From: Polyangiales bacterium
GTDB taxonomy: Bacteria > Myxococcota_A > Polyangia > Polyangiales > Polyangiaceae
Direction: 5' to 3'
NCBI GenBank assembly: GCA_038231275.1
Contig: JBBRLQ010000042.1
Location: 1-57,080, forward strand
DNA length: 57,080 nt
The position numbers and the translations under genes were made by a program. Of the stretch, positions 30,259 to 40,849 are shown piece by piece. The notes under the pieces are model-generated. The model ran no database searches. It worked only from the letters and a program-made list of their open reading frames with translations, and was not told where the DNA came from. Within the stretch, counting starts at the first letter, position 1. Each line of letters starts with the position of its first letter.

Positions 30259-31872
30259 TCAGGGAAGATCTTCGCGGGTCGCGACGAGCGCGGTCAGGCG
30301 ACCGACGCGCACCCACTCGGCGTGGCCGATCGTCACGCCGCGCGCGCGCAGCTGCTCTTCGATCGAGTCGTAGGCCTCGCGCGAGCGCTCCGGATCGAAG
30401 ACGTACGCCACCCGCTTCGCGCGCGCGAAGGTCGCTTGGTACGGAGCGTAGCGATCTTCGACGAGGTTCTTCGGCAGGACGACGATGCGCTCCTTCCACA
30501 AGAACGCGAGGCGGTAGCTGACCCAGTAGTCGGCCATCGCCGCGCCGACGCCGCGCGACGCGAGCTCGTCGTAGAGCGCCTGCTCGTCCTTGCCGGTGCC
30601 CTCGTTCGTCGCGACGATTCGAAGACCGGAGGTCCACGGCGCGAAGCCGAGCCAGCCGGCGAGCGCGGCGCTCGCGAGGTACGGCGCGAGGAAGAGGAGG
30701 CCGCGGCGCGTGTGGAGCCGGGCGATCAGCGGCGCGAGCGCGAACGGCGACGCGAGGACGAACGACGCGAGGTAGCGCGTCGAGAAGTGGTCCATCACCA
30801 TCACCGACGACAAGAACCCCGCGATCGTCGCTGCGCACGTGAGCGCGCCGGCGACGCCGAGGCGACGCACCGGCCAAGAGACGTCGCGAACGAAGAGCGC
30901 GAGCCCACCGAACGCGACACCTCCTGCGAACAGAATCGCGCCGAGATGCTGAATGACGCGCACCGGCCACGGCGCCGCCCACGGTGCCCAGTGACCGCCT
31001 TGCTCCGACCACGCTTGGTAGCTGAGTGCCCACGGCAAGCACGTGTCTTCGAGGAGCCGGAAGTTGTGCTCGAGCACAGCGGCGGTGAGGCCAATCGTTC
31101 CCGTCTTCGCGCCGGGTACACGCCACAAGAGGAGGAGCGGCACGAGCCCGATCGCCGCGCCGAGCGCCGAGCTGGCGACGCGTCGCGTCAGCGCAATTGT
31201 TTTCGCGCCTCCGTCGAACGCGCCGAGAAGCGCGAGCGCAGCCGCGCCGGGAAGGAAGACCATCGCGTACGGATCCGCGAAGCACGCGAGCGTCGCGAGG
31301 CCGGCGCCCGGCGCGAACGCGAGCGACGAGCGGCGACGCGGAGCCGTGTCGAGTGCCCACCATGACGCGATCGCGAGCGTCAACGCGGCTTGACGCGGCG
31401 CGTGCAAAACGTACGTGTGCACCGACGGCGGCGTGAAGACGAGCGGCAGCACCGCGACGAACGCGCCCCATGGACCGATATGACGACGGAGCGTCACGTA
31501 CGCGAGCGCGGTGAGCACGAGGTGACCGACGAGCGTGGAGAGCATCAACGCGAGCGGGCTCGGCCCTGCAGGAACGAAGAAGAGCGCGGCGATCGCGCTA
31601 TCGACGCTCGTTTGGTAGCTGCTGCCGTGCAGAAGCGCCGACCACTCGCCGCGCAACATGTGCATCGCTTGCAACCCGACGATCGCGGCGTCGGAGTGCA
31701 CGCCTGCCGCATTCACCAGCGCCGGCAGACGAAGGCCGACCGAGAGGACGAGAAGCGACAGCAGCGGAATCGTGCGTGCGCGCCACGCTATGCGCTCGTG
31801 CGAAGCGGCCTGCGCAGCCAGCGGCGAGGTCTCCGCCGAATCATGCGGTTTCTTGGCCGTCACGCGGGGCAT
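30259..31872 (-). CDS. Polytopic membrane protein, GT-C glycosyltransferase-like
   Basis: Many TM helices, HSDAAIVGLQA first loop, TRYL, ADYW motifs. Confidence 0.65.
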   Translation of the reverse strand: MPRVTAKKPHDSAETSPLAAQAASHERIAWRARTIPLLSLLVLSVGLRLPALVNAAGVHSDAAIVGLQAMHMLRGEWSALLHGSSYQTSVDSAIAALFFVPAGPSPLALMLSTLVGHLVLTALAYVTLRRHIGPWGAFVAVLPLVFTPPSVHTYVLHAPRQAALTLAIASWWALDTAPRRRSSLAFAPGAGLATLACFADPYAMVFLPGAAALALLGAFDGGAKTIALTRRVASSALGAAIGLVPLLLLWRVPGAKTGTIGLTAAVLEHNFRLLEDTCLPWALSYQAWSEQGGHWAPWAAPWPVRVIQHLGAILFAGGVAFGGLALFVRDVSWPVRRLGVAGALTCAATIAGFLSSVMVMDHFSTRYLASFVLASPFALAPLIARLHTRRGLLFLAPYLASAALAGWLGFAPWTSGLRIVATNEGTGKDEQALYDELASRGVGAAMADYWVSYRLAFLWKERIVVLPKNLVEDRYAPYQATFARAKRVAYVFDPERSREAYDSIEEQLRARGVTIGHAEWVRVGRLTALVATREDLP

Positions 31873-32139
31873 GCGCTTTGCTCTGACACATCACCATGAC
31901 TACTCTTCACGCGGAACCCAAGGCGGCGGCACCGAAGCCCCGCGATCAGCGGACGGCTCGTGACGCGGCGAATTCGCCCGAGGATCGCGCGGCGCCGCGC
32001 ACCCGCACTGCCGAGGCGATCGAGCACGAGTCGTATAACCTCCCGTTCACGGACTGAGGGGTCCAAGGCACACGCGAGGCTCGTGGGGCTCACCCGCCGT
32101 GGCCTCCCGGACACACGACGCGCCGCGTCGTAAGCATGA

Positions 32140-32526
32140 CTATCCGGCTCCCGTGAAGCGGCGCGCCACGACGAGGCCGAGGGCCCCCGCGGCGAGGCAG
32201 CCGCCTCCCGTAATGAGCACGTAGAGTGCACCCATCCCCCACGCGCGCTCGTCGAAGTAGCGCAGCGTCTCGCTGTTGAACGACGAGTACGTCGTGAGAC
32301 CGCCCATGAAGCCGGTCGTCAGCGCGAGGCGCAGCGTTGGACCGATGTGCTCCGTCGACACCGCGAGGACGAGGACGACGGAGATGAGGAACGACCCGAC
32401 GAGGTTGACCGTCAACGTCCCGTAGGGGAACGACGCGCCGAACATGCGTGCGGCCCAGACGCCCACGCCGTACCGCGCGCCGGTGCCGACCGCACCCGCC
32501 AGACAGATCCAGAAGAGCTGCGCCAT
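32140..32526 (-). CDS. crcB: Fluoride efflux channel CrcB/Fluc
   Basis: GTGARY, FPYGTLTVNLVGSF, TGFMGGLTTYSSF. Confidence 0.95.
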   Translation of the reverse strand: MAQLFWICLAGAVGTGARYGVGVWAARMFGASFPYGTLTVNLVGSFLISVVLVLAVSTEHIGPTLRLALTTGFMGGLTTYSSFNSETLRYFDERAWGMGALYVLITGGGCLAAGALGLVVARRFTGAG

Positions 32527-32538
32527 CGCGGCACCACT

Positions 32539-32907
32539 CTACCCGGCGTCGCCTCCATCGTCACCGCCGGCCTCGTCACCGGCCTCGTCGCCGCCGGCCT
32601 CGCCGCCCTCGTCGGAGGCGTCGGGATAGCAGACGCTGCCGGTCGGGTCGGCGCACGTCCATCCCGCGTTGGTGCAGTTGCACGTGAGCGATCCGACGCT
32701 GCCGGGACAATCGGGCAGCGCCGCCACCGAAGGACACGCCGTTCCTGCGGTGCACGTGCCGCCGGGCGCGATGTCCGCCGGGTCTGGGCACGCGCTGAGG
32801 GAGCTGCCGGCCCCGCCGCTGCACGCGACGACGACCGCGACGAGGAGCGCAACGGCGAGCGGCGCGACGGATACGACGAATCGAGCAAGCGTCTTCGTTT
32901 GGCTCAC
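32539..32907 (-). CDS. Small Cys-rich lipoprotein with acidic repeat tail
   Basis: AGGAG RBS, lipobox VVAC, 8 further Cys, (EAGGD)n tail. Confidence 0.75.
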   Translation of the reverse strand: MSQTKTLARFVVSVAPLAVALLVAVVVACSGGAGSSLSACPDPADIAPGGTCTAGTACPSVAALPDCPGSVGSLTCNCTNAGWTCADPTGSVCYPDASDEGGEAGGDEAGDEAGGDDGGDAG

Positions 32908-32915
32908 GATGGCTC

Positions 32916-35852
32916 CTAGAAGATCACGTTGACGCTGGCGAGCAGCGTGCGACCGTTCTGGACGATCTGCCGCTGCGTGAACTCCACGCTGGGGATCGTC
33001 GTGTATTTGGCGTCGGCGACGTTGTAGACGCCGAGGTTCCAGCGCACGCCGAGCTTCTCGGCCTCGCCGGAGAGGACAAGATCCCAGACGACGAACGGAT
33101 CGGTGCGCGTCTGCGGATCGAACGAGCCGTCGGTGGGCGCGCGATCGTGACCGTCGTAGCGCGGCCCCTCTACCGTGATGCGCGTCATCGCCATGAGCGA
33201 TCGGCCGATGAGGGGTGCGGCGCCCTTGAACCCGACGAGGTGCTCGGGCGAGTTCGGGACCTCGCGCAGCGTGCCGGCGTTGTTGAGGTAGCGCGAATGC
33301 TGGTACGAGTACGAGGTCGAGAGCATCCAACCCTGGCGCCACTCGCGCCGGATCTCGGCCTCACCGCCGACCGTGAGGATCGGGTTGCTCGAGTTCTGGT
33401 ACTGCTGCACCGTCGTCCCTTGCGCCGTCGGGCTCTGCACGTCGCGCAGGAGGACGAGGTCGGTGACGTAGTTCGCGTAGCCCGCGAGGAGCCCGGTCAC
33501 CGTGGTCGAGAAGCGGTGCGAGTATTCGACCTCGCCGGAGTAGATGCTCTCTGGCGTGAGCGAGATGCCGGTCTCGTCCGGGCGGATCTGCGTGGAGGCG
33601 CGGTAAAAGAGCTCGTAGACGCTCGGCGCACGGAACGCGCGGCCGGCCATCACCTTCACGTTGCCACCGTCGTACGGCTTCAAGATGAAGGCGAGGCGCG
33701 GGCTGAGCGCGGAGCCCGAGTTGGAGTACGTGTCGAAGCGCGCGCCGCCGACCGCCTTCACCGCCTTGGTGATGCTGAAGTCCGCGTTGCCATAGACGGC
33801 GCCGACCGTGAACGGATCGTTGCGGAAGGGGCTATTGACCGTGATGTTCGGGCCGGCTGCGTTGCTGCCCGACTGCTCGGCGCGCGCGTGGCGCTGGATC
33901 TCGCCGCCGACGGTGACGCGGAGCGGAGCCACCGGCGTCCACACGAGGCGCTGCTCGCCGCCGACCCACACGCCGCGGAAGCTGTCGTTCTCGTTTCCGC
34001 CTTGTGAGGGCAAGTAGGGGAGGAAATCGTCGAAGTAGTAGATGTTCGCGTGCGCGCGCGACAAGAGCTGGAGCTTGTCGTTGATCTTCGGCTCGTAGCG
34101 GGCCTCGAGGAAGCCGCGCGTGTCGGAGTAGTGGGTGTTGGGGTTGCCGAAGATCGTGCCGTACTCGCCGGTGGGCAGGTTCTTCTTGCGTGACGTCAAG
34201 AACCACTGGAGCGTCAGATCCTTGTACCAGGCGCGGCCGTGCACGGTGCTGGCGTCGAAGCCGTCGACGCCCCGCGCGTTGCCGCCGGTCGACGGATCGT
34301 TCGAGTACTCCTGGAAGTAGAAATCGCGACCGGCGCCGTGCGCGCCGGAGACGCTCGTCCAGAATCCCGCGTCCGGCCCGAGGTTCACGTGCGCCATGCC
34401 GCGCGCGCGCATGACGCCATACTGGACCGCCGAGACGCCGACCTCTCCGTGCGTGGGCGCGTTGCGACCGCGCGTGACGAGGTTGATGACGCCGAAGAAG
34501 GCGCTCGAGCCGTAGAGCACCGATCCCGGGCCACGCACGACCTCGATGCGCTCGACGTCCTCGAGGTCCACGCGACCGCTGAAGTCGACGTAGGACGACT
34601 CGATGTAGTTGTCGTTGGCCGGGTGCCCGTCGATCAGGATGAGGACGCGGTTTCCGTAGTCGCCGGGGCGGCCGAAGCCGCGGAAACCGATCGTCTCGTA
34701 GCTGCGATCGTCGGACAGGTAGAGCCCGCGCACGCCGCGTACGGCTTCCGAGATCGTCGGGTACCCCATCGCGCGGAGCTCTTGCGAGTTGACGATGGTG
34801 ACGGAGCTGGGCGCGTCGTCGACGGACTCCGTGACGCGCGACGCGGCGGTGACCTCCTCTAGGGTGGTCAGCTGCGCGTCGATCTTCACCTGTTCCTGCG
34901 TGGAGACGAGGATGTCCTGCTGGAAGGTACGAAAGCCACCCTGGGAAATCTGGAGCCGATGCTTGCCGATCGGGACGGCGAGGACGGTGGGCGTGAACCC
35001 AACGGGCTTTCCGTCGACGGTGACCAGCGCCTCGCGGACGTCGGCGTTCACGACGACGCCGCCGGTCTGCGCCTCCATCTTCGGGCGAACGCTGATGGTC
35101 TGGTTGGCGAGGACGTCGATGGGCAGGTCCACCGCCTTGAAGCCGTCCTTGGTCACGAAGAGCGTGTGGCGTCCCGGCGGAACGTTGAGCGTGGCGGGCA
35201 CCGTATCGAGGACGGGGCCGTCCTCGCGATCCAGACGAATCGACGCGCCCACAACCTCTCCGTCGACGCGCACGCCGCCGAGGATCTGCTTCAATTTGAG
35301 CTTCACCGGCGCCGACTGTCCGAGCTGGACGTCGACGGGCGCGCTCTCGGCCTTCTCGTAGCCGGCGAGCTCGGCGATGACCTTGTATTTTCCGGCCGGC
35401 AATCCGAGCGCGCGGGGGGCGTTTCCGCGCGCGCCGAGATCTCTTCGATCGATGTAGATCGTAGCGCCCGGCGGATCGGTCTCGATCTTCAGGACCGCGA
35501 CGCTCGAGGTGATGCGCGCGAGCGCCTCGTCGATCCTCTTCAGGACGGCGGCGTCCGTCTCTCCATCGCGCGCGAGCGTGTAGTAGCGAAAGGCGTCGGG
35601 CGCCTGCCGCTGCTGCTCGTATGCGCGCGCGATGTTGAAGAGCACGTTGCGGTTCGGCGCGAGGCGGTTCGACTGAAGGAAGTGCTCTAGCGCCCCCTTG
35701 AAGTCGTTCGCCTGATAACGCTCGGCGCCGAGCTGGAACTGAAGCTCGGCCTCGTCCGCGGTGTCGTCCGCGTAGACGGGATTTGGAAGCGCCACGAGCG
35801 CGACGAGCCATGCAACGAAGAGGAGCCTGAACGCGGTTTTTTTGGATTTCAT
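32916..35852 (-). CDS. TPR-PEGA-TonB-dependent receptor fusion
   Basis: Signal peptide, TPR, about three PEGA repeats, plug motif VERIEVVRGPGSVLYG, RAFRAPS, terminal Phe. Confidence 0.92.
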   Translation of the reverse strand: MKSKKTAFRLLFVAWLVALVALPNPVYADDTADEAELQFQLGAERYQANDFKGALEHFLQSNRLAPNRNVLFNIARAYEQQRQAPDAFRYYTLARDGETDAAVLKRIDEALARITSSVAVLKIETDPPGATIYIDRRDLGARGNAPRALGLPAGKYKVIAELAGYEKAESAPVDVQLGQSAPVKLKLKQILGGVRVDGEVVGASIRLDREDGPVLDTVPATLNVPPGRHTLFVTKDGFKAVDLPIDVLANQTISVRPKMEAQTGGVVVNADVREALVTVDGKPVGFTPTVLAVPIGKHRLQISQGGFRTFQQDILVSTQEQVKIDAQLTTLEEVTAASRVTESVDDAPSSVTIVNSQELRAMGYPTISEAVRGVRGLYLSDDRSYETIGFRGFGRPGDYGNRVLILIDGHPANDNYIESSYVDFSGRVDLEDVERIEVVRGPGSVLYGSSAFFGVINLVTRGRNAPTHGEVGVSAVQYGVMRARGMAHVNLGPDAGFWTSVSGAHGAGRDFYFQEYSNDPSTGGNARGVDGFDASTVHGRAWYKDLTLQWFLTSRKKNLPTGEYGTIFGNPNTHYSDTRGFLEARYEPKINDKLQLLSRAHANIYYFDDFLPYLPSQGGNENDSFRGVWVGGEQRLVWTPVAPLRVTVGGEIQRHARAEQSGSNAAGPNITVNSPFRNDPFTVGAVYGNADFSITKAVKAVGGARFDTYSNSGSALSPRLAFILKPYDGGNVKVMAGRAFRAPSVYELFYRASTQIRPDETGISLTPESIYSGEVEYSHRFSTTVTGLLAGYANYVTDLVLLRDVQSPTAQGTTVQQYQNSSNPILTVGGEAEIRREWRQGWMLSTSYSYQHSRYLNNAGTLREVPNSPEHLVGFKGAAPLIGRSLMAMTRITVEGPRYDGHDRAPTDGSFDPQTRTDPFVVWDLVLSGEAEKLGVRWNLGVYNVADAKYTTIPSVEFTQRQIVQNGRTLLASVNVIF

Positions 35853-35855
35853 GGT

Positions 35856-37355
35856 TCAGCGCGTCATGCGGATATCGAGATCCGGGCGCGACGGAGAGGG
35901 GGGAGCGGGCGTGGGGGCGGAGGGAGTAGGGGAGCGACGACCGGCGCCGTAAGGCGGACCTGCCCGCGGCGTGCGCACGGCGGGCGCGCTCGCGGAGGCG
36001 GGATCGTCGGGCGCGTCCGCCACGCTGCCCGACGGAGCGGGGGACGGATCGGCCGCAGAGGCCGAAGGCGCAGCGAGGGTCCCGACGGAAGGCGCGGCAG
36101 CGACAGATGGCGCAGTCGGAGCGGAGGCGGCGCCGAGCGTGGCCGTCGTCGTTTCGTGCTTCGATGTTCCGCTGCGCGTCAGCGCGACGAGGCCGATCAA
36201 GAGGAGGGCCGCGGCAGCGGCGGCGAGAAATAGCAGCGTCTTCTTCCTGCTCGCTCCCTCTGGCGCGTCGCTCGCGGGATACAGCACCGCCTCCGGCGTC
36301 ACGCCGCTAACCGACGGGGTGGTCACCGACGTGCGCGTGGGCAGCTCGGCGGCCGCGGGGATCGCCGGCGTCGACGTGCGAGCCTCGTCGGTGGGCGGCG
36401 GCGCCGTCGACGGCGGCAGCGCGAGGTTCGCTTCGCTCGAGAGACCGGCGGCGCGCGTCACGCTCGAGGCGCGCTCGGCGGGCACGCGCGCGCGCTTCGG
36501 CGCGAACCGCAGAAGGGCGATCGACAGCTCGGCGGCGCTCTGGATGCGCGCGGCGGGATCCTTCGCAAGGCACTGCGCGACAACCTCCTCGAGCTCGGGC
36601 GGCGCCATCGGCCGGTAGTCCGTGAGCTTGCGCGGCGCATCGCGCTGCACCGCGCGAAGCAGGGGACCCAGCGGCTGATCGGTATCGAAGGCGTGCACGC
36701 CGGCGAGCAGCTCGAAGAGCACCGCGCCGAGCGACCAAATGTCCGAGCGGTAGTCGATATCGCCGCCGCGCAGCTGCTCGGGCGACATGTAGAACGGCGA
36801 GCCGAGGATAGGGCTGCGGCCAGCGCCTCCGGTTTGGATCGCCTTCGAGATTCCGAAATCGAGGATCTTCACGATCGACGATCCATCTCCACGCTCGGCG
36901 AGGAAGAGGTTCTCCGGCTTGATGTCACGGTGGACGATGCCGCGCGCGTGAGCCGCCGCGACGCCCGCGCACGCCTGGATCATGTACTCCGCGGCGACGT
37001 CGATCGGCAGCGTGCCTTTGAGCTCCAGCTCGCGGCCCAGATCGTGACCTTCGAGGAACTCCATGACGATGAACGGAAGACCGCCGTCGACGCCGACGTC
37101 GAGCGTGCGTCCGACGTATTCGCTCTTCAGCTTCACGGCGTCCCGCGCCTCTTGCGTGAAACGCGCGACGAGATCCGCGTCGACCGCGAGCTCGCGCTTG
37201 AGGAACTTCAGCGCGACGTTCTCGTCGAGGGCGACGTGCTTGGCCGAGAGGACGATGCCCATCCCCCCTTCGCCGATCACGCGCTCGATGCGGTACTTCC
37301 CCGCGATCATCTGCCCCTCCGTCCAAACGGAGGGCGATCTGATAGCCCCGACCAC
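35856..37355 (-). CDS. Membrane Ser/Thr protein kinase
   Basis: GEGGMG, VALK, HRDIKPEN, DFG, YMSPE, one TM helix, Pro/Ala tail. Confidence 0.95.
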   Translation of the reverse strand: MVGAIRSPSVWTEGQMIAGKYRIERVIGEGGMGIVLSAKHVALDENVALKFLKRELAVDADLVARFTQEARDAVKLKSEYVGRTLDVGVDGGLPFIVMEFLEGHDLGRELELKGTLPIDVAAEYMIQACAGVAAAHARGIVHRDIKPENLFLAERGDGSSIVKILDFGISKAIQTGGAGRSPILGSPFYMSPEQLRGGDIDYRSDIWSLGAVLFELLAGVHAFDTDQPLGPLLRAVQRDAPRKLTDYRPMAPPELEEVVAQCLAKDPAARIQSAAELSIALLRFAPKRARVPAERASSVTRAAGLSSEANLALPPSTAPPPTDEARTSTPAIPAAAELPTRTSVTTPSVSGVTPEAVLYPASDAPEGASRKKTLLFLAAAAAALLLIGLVALTRSGTSKHETTTATLGAASAPTAPSVAAAPSVGTLAAPSASAADPSPAPSGSVADAPDDPASASAPAVRTPRAGPPYGAGRRSPTPSAPTPAPPSPSRPDLDIRMTR

Positions 37356-37447
37356 CCTACGACTCTACTGAGCCCGACCGCTTGGTGGGAGCTTCTTCTG
37401 CGTGCCGGCGCAGAAAAATGTGGTTGCCGCGCGGCGTCATGGCGCGG

Positions 37448-38953
<1,506 letters not shown>

Positions 38954-39000
38954 GTGGCGCTCCCCGAGCCACAGAACGGTCAGTGCGGCAGGTCCTTGAG

Positions 39001-39645
39001 CTAGGCCTCGACGAGCTGGTCGCGTGTGAGCTCCACCGTGCTCCCGGCGATTTCCACGAGGACGAGCTCGCGACCGTCGTCAGCTTGTGCGACACGGATC
39101 ACGCGGCAACGGGCGCGGCCTCCGGCGAGCGAGTCGTAGGCGGCGCGTAGGATCTGGGGGCGGCCGTGCGCGTCGGTGATGCCTACTTCGACGACCGCGT
39201 TCTCCTGGGCGGGCGCGGGCGGCTCCGGACAACGAACCGCGAAGCGCCGGGACGCGCGGCGCGCCTCGGCCGGCGCGACGATCTCCTCGGCCTGAGGATC
39301 GAACACCGCCCCTTCCGAGTCGCGCGCGATCGCCGCCGCGAGCGACGTCGCGAGGGCGCGATCCTCGGCGCCGGCGCCGGGCACCGAGAGACGCAGCTGA
39401 AAGCGAGGCCCCAGGACTGCGTCGAGCAGCAACGGCGGCAGCACGTCTTCCTCGATCACCTCGGGCGCGTAGAGGATCGTGCACGGACGCGGCGTCGTCC
39501 CCTCGCCGAGGCGCCTCACGATCGCGGAGCGGTGCACGCCGTCGAGGCCACCGTCGACCTCGACCGCGCCGTGCTGGGCCGCCCATTCGAGCAGCGTCCG
39601 CGTCTCCGGAGGAAGACGCGTCGCGACGAGGAGGTGCCAGCTCAT
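39001..39645 (-). CDS. Hypothetical protein
   Basis: 214-aa ORF with GGGGGGA RBS-like element and normal composition. Confidence 0.65.
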   Translation of the reverse strand: MSWHLLVATRLPPETRTLLEWAAQHGAVEVDGGLDGVHRSAIVRRLGEGTTPRPCTILYAPEVIEEDVLPPLLLDAVLGPRFQLRLSVPGAGAEDRALATSLAAAIARDSEGAVFDPQAEEIVAPAEARRASRRFAVRCPEPPAPAQENAVVEVGITDAHGRPQILRAAYDSLAGGRARCRVIRVAQADDGRELVLVEIAGSTVELTRDQLVEA

Positions 39646-39667
39646 TCCCCCCCTTCGCCCCTTCTTC

Positions 39668-39787
39668 CTAGACCGGCTTCCGGGGACGCGGGAGCGAATA
39701 CTCTTTGAGGCGTGTCACCAGCGTCCTACGGGACACGCCGAGCACCTGCGCGGCCTTCGTCTGGTTGCCCGCGCCCTGCTTGCTCAT
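39668..39787 (-). pseudogene. Stand-alone Fis-type HTH, remnant of a sigma54 activator C-terminus or a microprotein
   Basis: GNQTKAAQVLGVSRRTLVTRLKEYSLPRPRK with no AAA+ domain upstream. Confidence 0.6.
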
Positions 39788-39925
39788 CACGAGCAGCGAC
39801 ACAGCGCTGCCGGCGCCTTGCGCGGGCGCGTCGGTCACGCGTCGGGAGTCTCGAGGATCGTCGGGAACCACTTGGAAATCCGAGCATCACGGTACTTGAA
39901 GCGGCTCGGACCGCGCAAGCGAAGG

Positions 39926-40219
39926 TCAATCCCCTCGCCCGGCGCGCCAGATGTACACCTCCCCGAGGACGAGGAAGACGACGCCTGCGACGCGATGCAG
40001 CCATAGCGGCGAGATCCATCGCGTCACCACGCCGCCTGCCAGCACCGCGAGCGCCGAGCTCGTCACGAGCGCGAGGGCCGATCCGGCGAAGACGAGCCAG
40101 CGCGCAGAGGCGCTACCGCCGGCGGCGAGCGAGAGGGTGGCGAGCTGCGTCTTGTCACCGAGCTCGGCGACGAACACGGCCACGAACGTCGAGAACAGGA
40201 GCTTCCAATCCATGGTCAT
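39926..40219 (-). CDS. TMEM165/GDT1 (UPF0016) family single-repeat protein
   Basis: AELGDKTQL motif, 3 TM helices. Confidence 0.92.
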   Translation of the reverse strand: MTMDWKLLFSTFVAVFVAELGDKTQLATLSLAAGGSASARWLVFAGSALALVTSSALAVLAGGVVTRWISPLWLHRVAGVVFLVLGEVYIWRAGRGD

Positions 40220-40280
40220 CTCGTAGTCGGGCCCGCGGGGTCATGACCACACAAAGCGCCCGACGCGGCGCACGGCCGGG

Positions 40281-40751
40281 CTAACGCCAAAGGGTCCGCT
40301 GGAGCTCGGCGTGGGAGTAGAGGAGCGCCGCGTACTGACGCTGCACGATCGTCCTCACCGGGAGCGGCAACACGAACAGCGGCGCTTCGCGCAGGGCGGC
40401 CTCGTACGCCTTTCGCGACGCCGTCTCGCCGCGGTCGCATCGCTCGAGCAGCGCGCGATCGTCTTTGGCAGCGGCCTCGGCCGCCCAGCCGGGCGCGCGA
40501 ACACCCGAGGGGACTCTCTTCGGGAAGGATCCGAGCTCTGCTCGAAGGAGCTCGAGCTCCGCGACGAAGCGCCGCCGCTCCGCCGCGCGTGCGACGAAGA
40601 GAGGGCGCAGCTTCCGATCCTGCGCCTCGGCCGCCGCGACGTCGTAGCCCGCGGCCGCCGACGTGCAGATCGCGGTCAGCCACGTCAGAGTCGCGGCGAC
40701 CTGCTCTTCCGTCGCCATCGCGGGCATCGGGATCGTCGCGGTCATCGTCAT
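40281..40751 (-). CDS. PA2169/DUF2383-like four-helix-bundle protein (start uncertain)
   Basis: GYDVAA...LRPLF...ERRRFVAEL...DDRALLERCDRGE...YEAAL. Confidence 0.75.
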   Translation of the reverse strand: MTMTATIPMPAMATEEQVAATLTWLTAICTSAAAGYDVAAAEAQDRKLRPLFVARAAERRRFVAELELLRAELGSFPKRVPSGVRAPGWAAEAAAKDDRALLERCDRGETASRKAYEAALREAPLFVLPLPVRTIVQRQYAALLYSHAELQRTLWR

Positions 40752-40768
40752 GCCTCGCGGAATCGCAG

Positions 40769-40784
40769 TGCAGCGCACGTGCCA
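40769..40784 (-). promoter_or_regulatory. sigma54 promoter
   Basis: TGGCACGTGCGCTGCA, near-consensus GG-N10-GC. Confidence 0.75.
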
Positions 40785-40849
40785 CATGCTTCGTCAGGGA
40801 CTTGGCCCCGCGGCGCGTGCATCGGTTGCGCGTAGGCGACGCGTCTGCG

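Noticed and set aside
31873..32139. Possible small RNA or ORF in the 267-bp gap
   Set aside because: No convincing structure, RBS or motif found
32527..32600. Fluoride riboswitch upstream of crcB
   Set aside because: Only 12 nt separate crcB from the upstream CDS and the riboswitch consensus is absent
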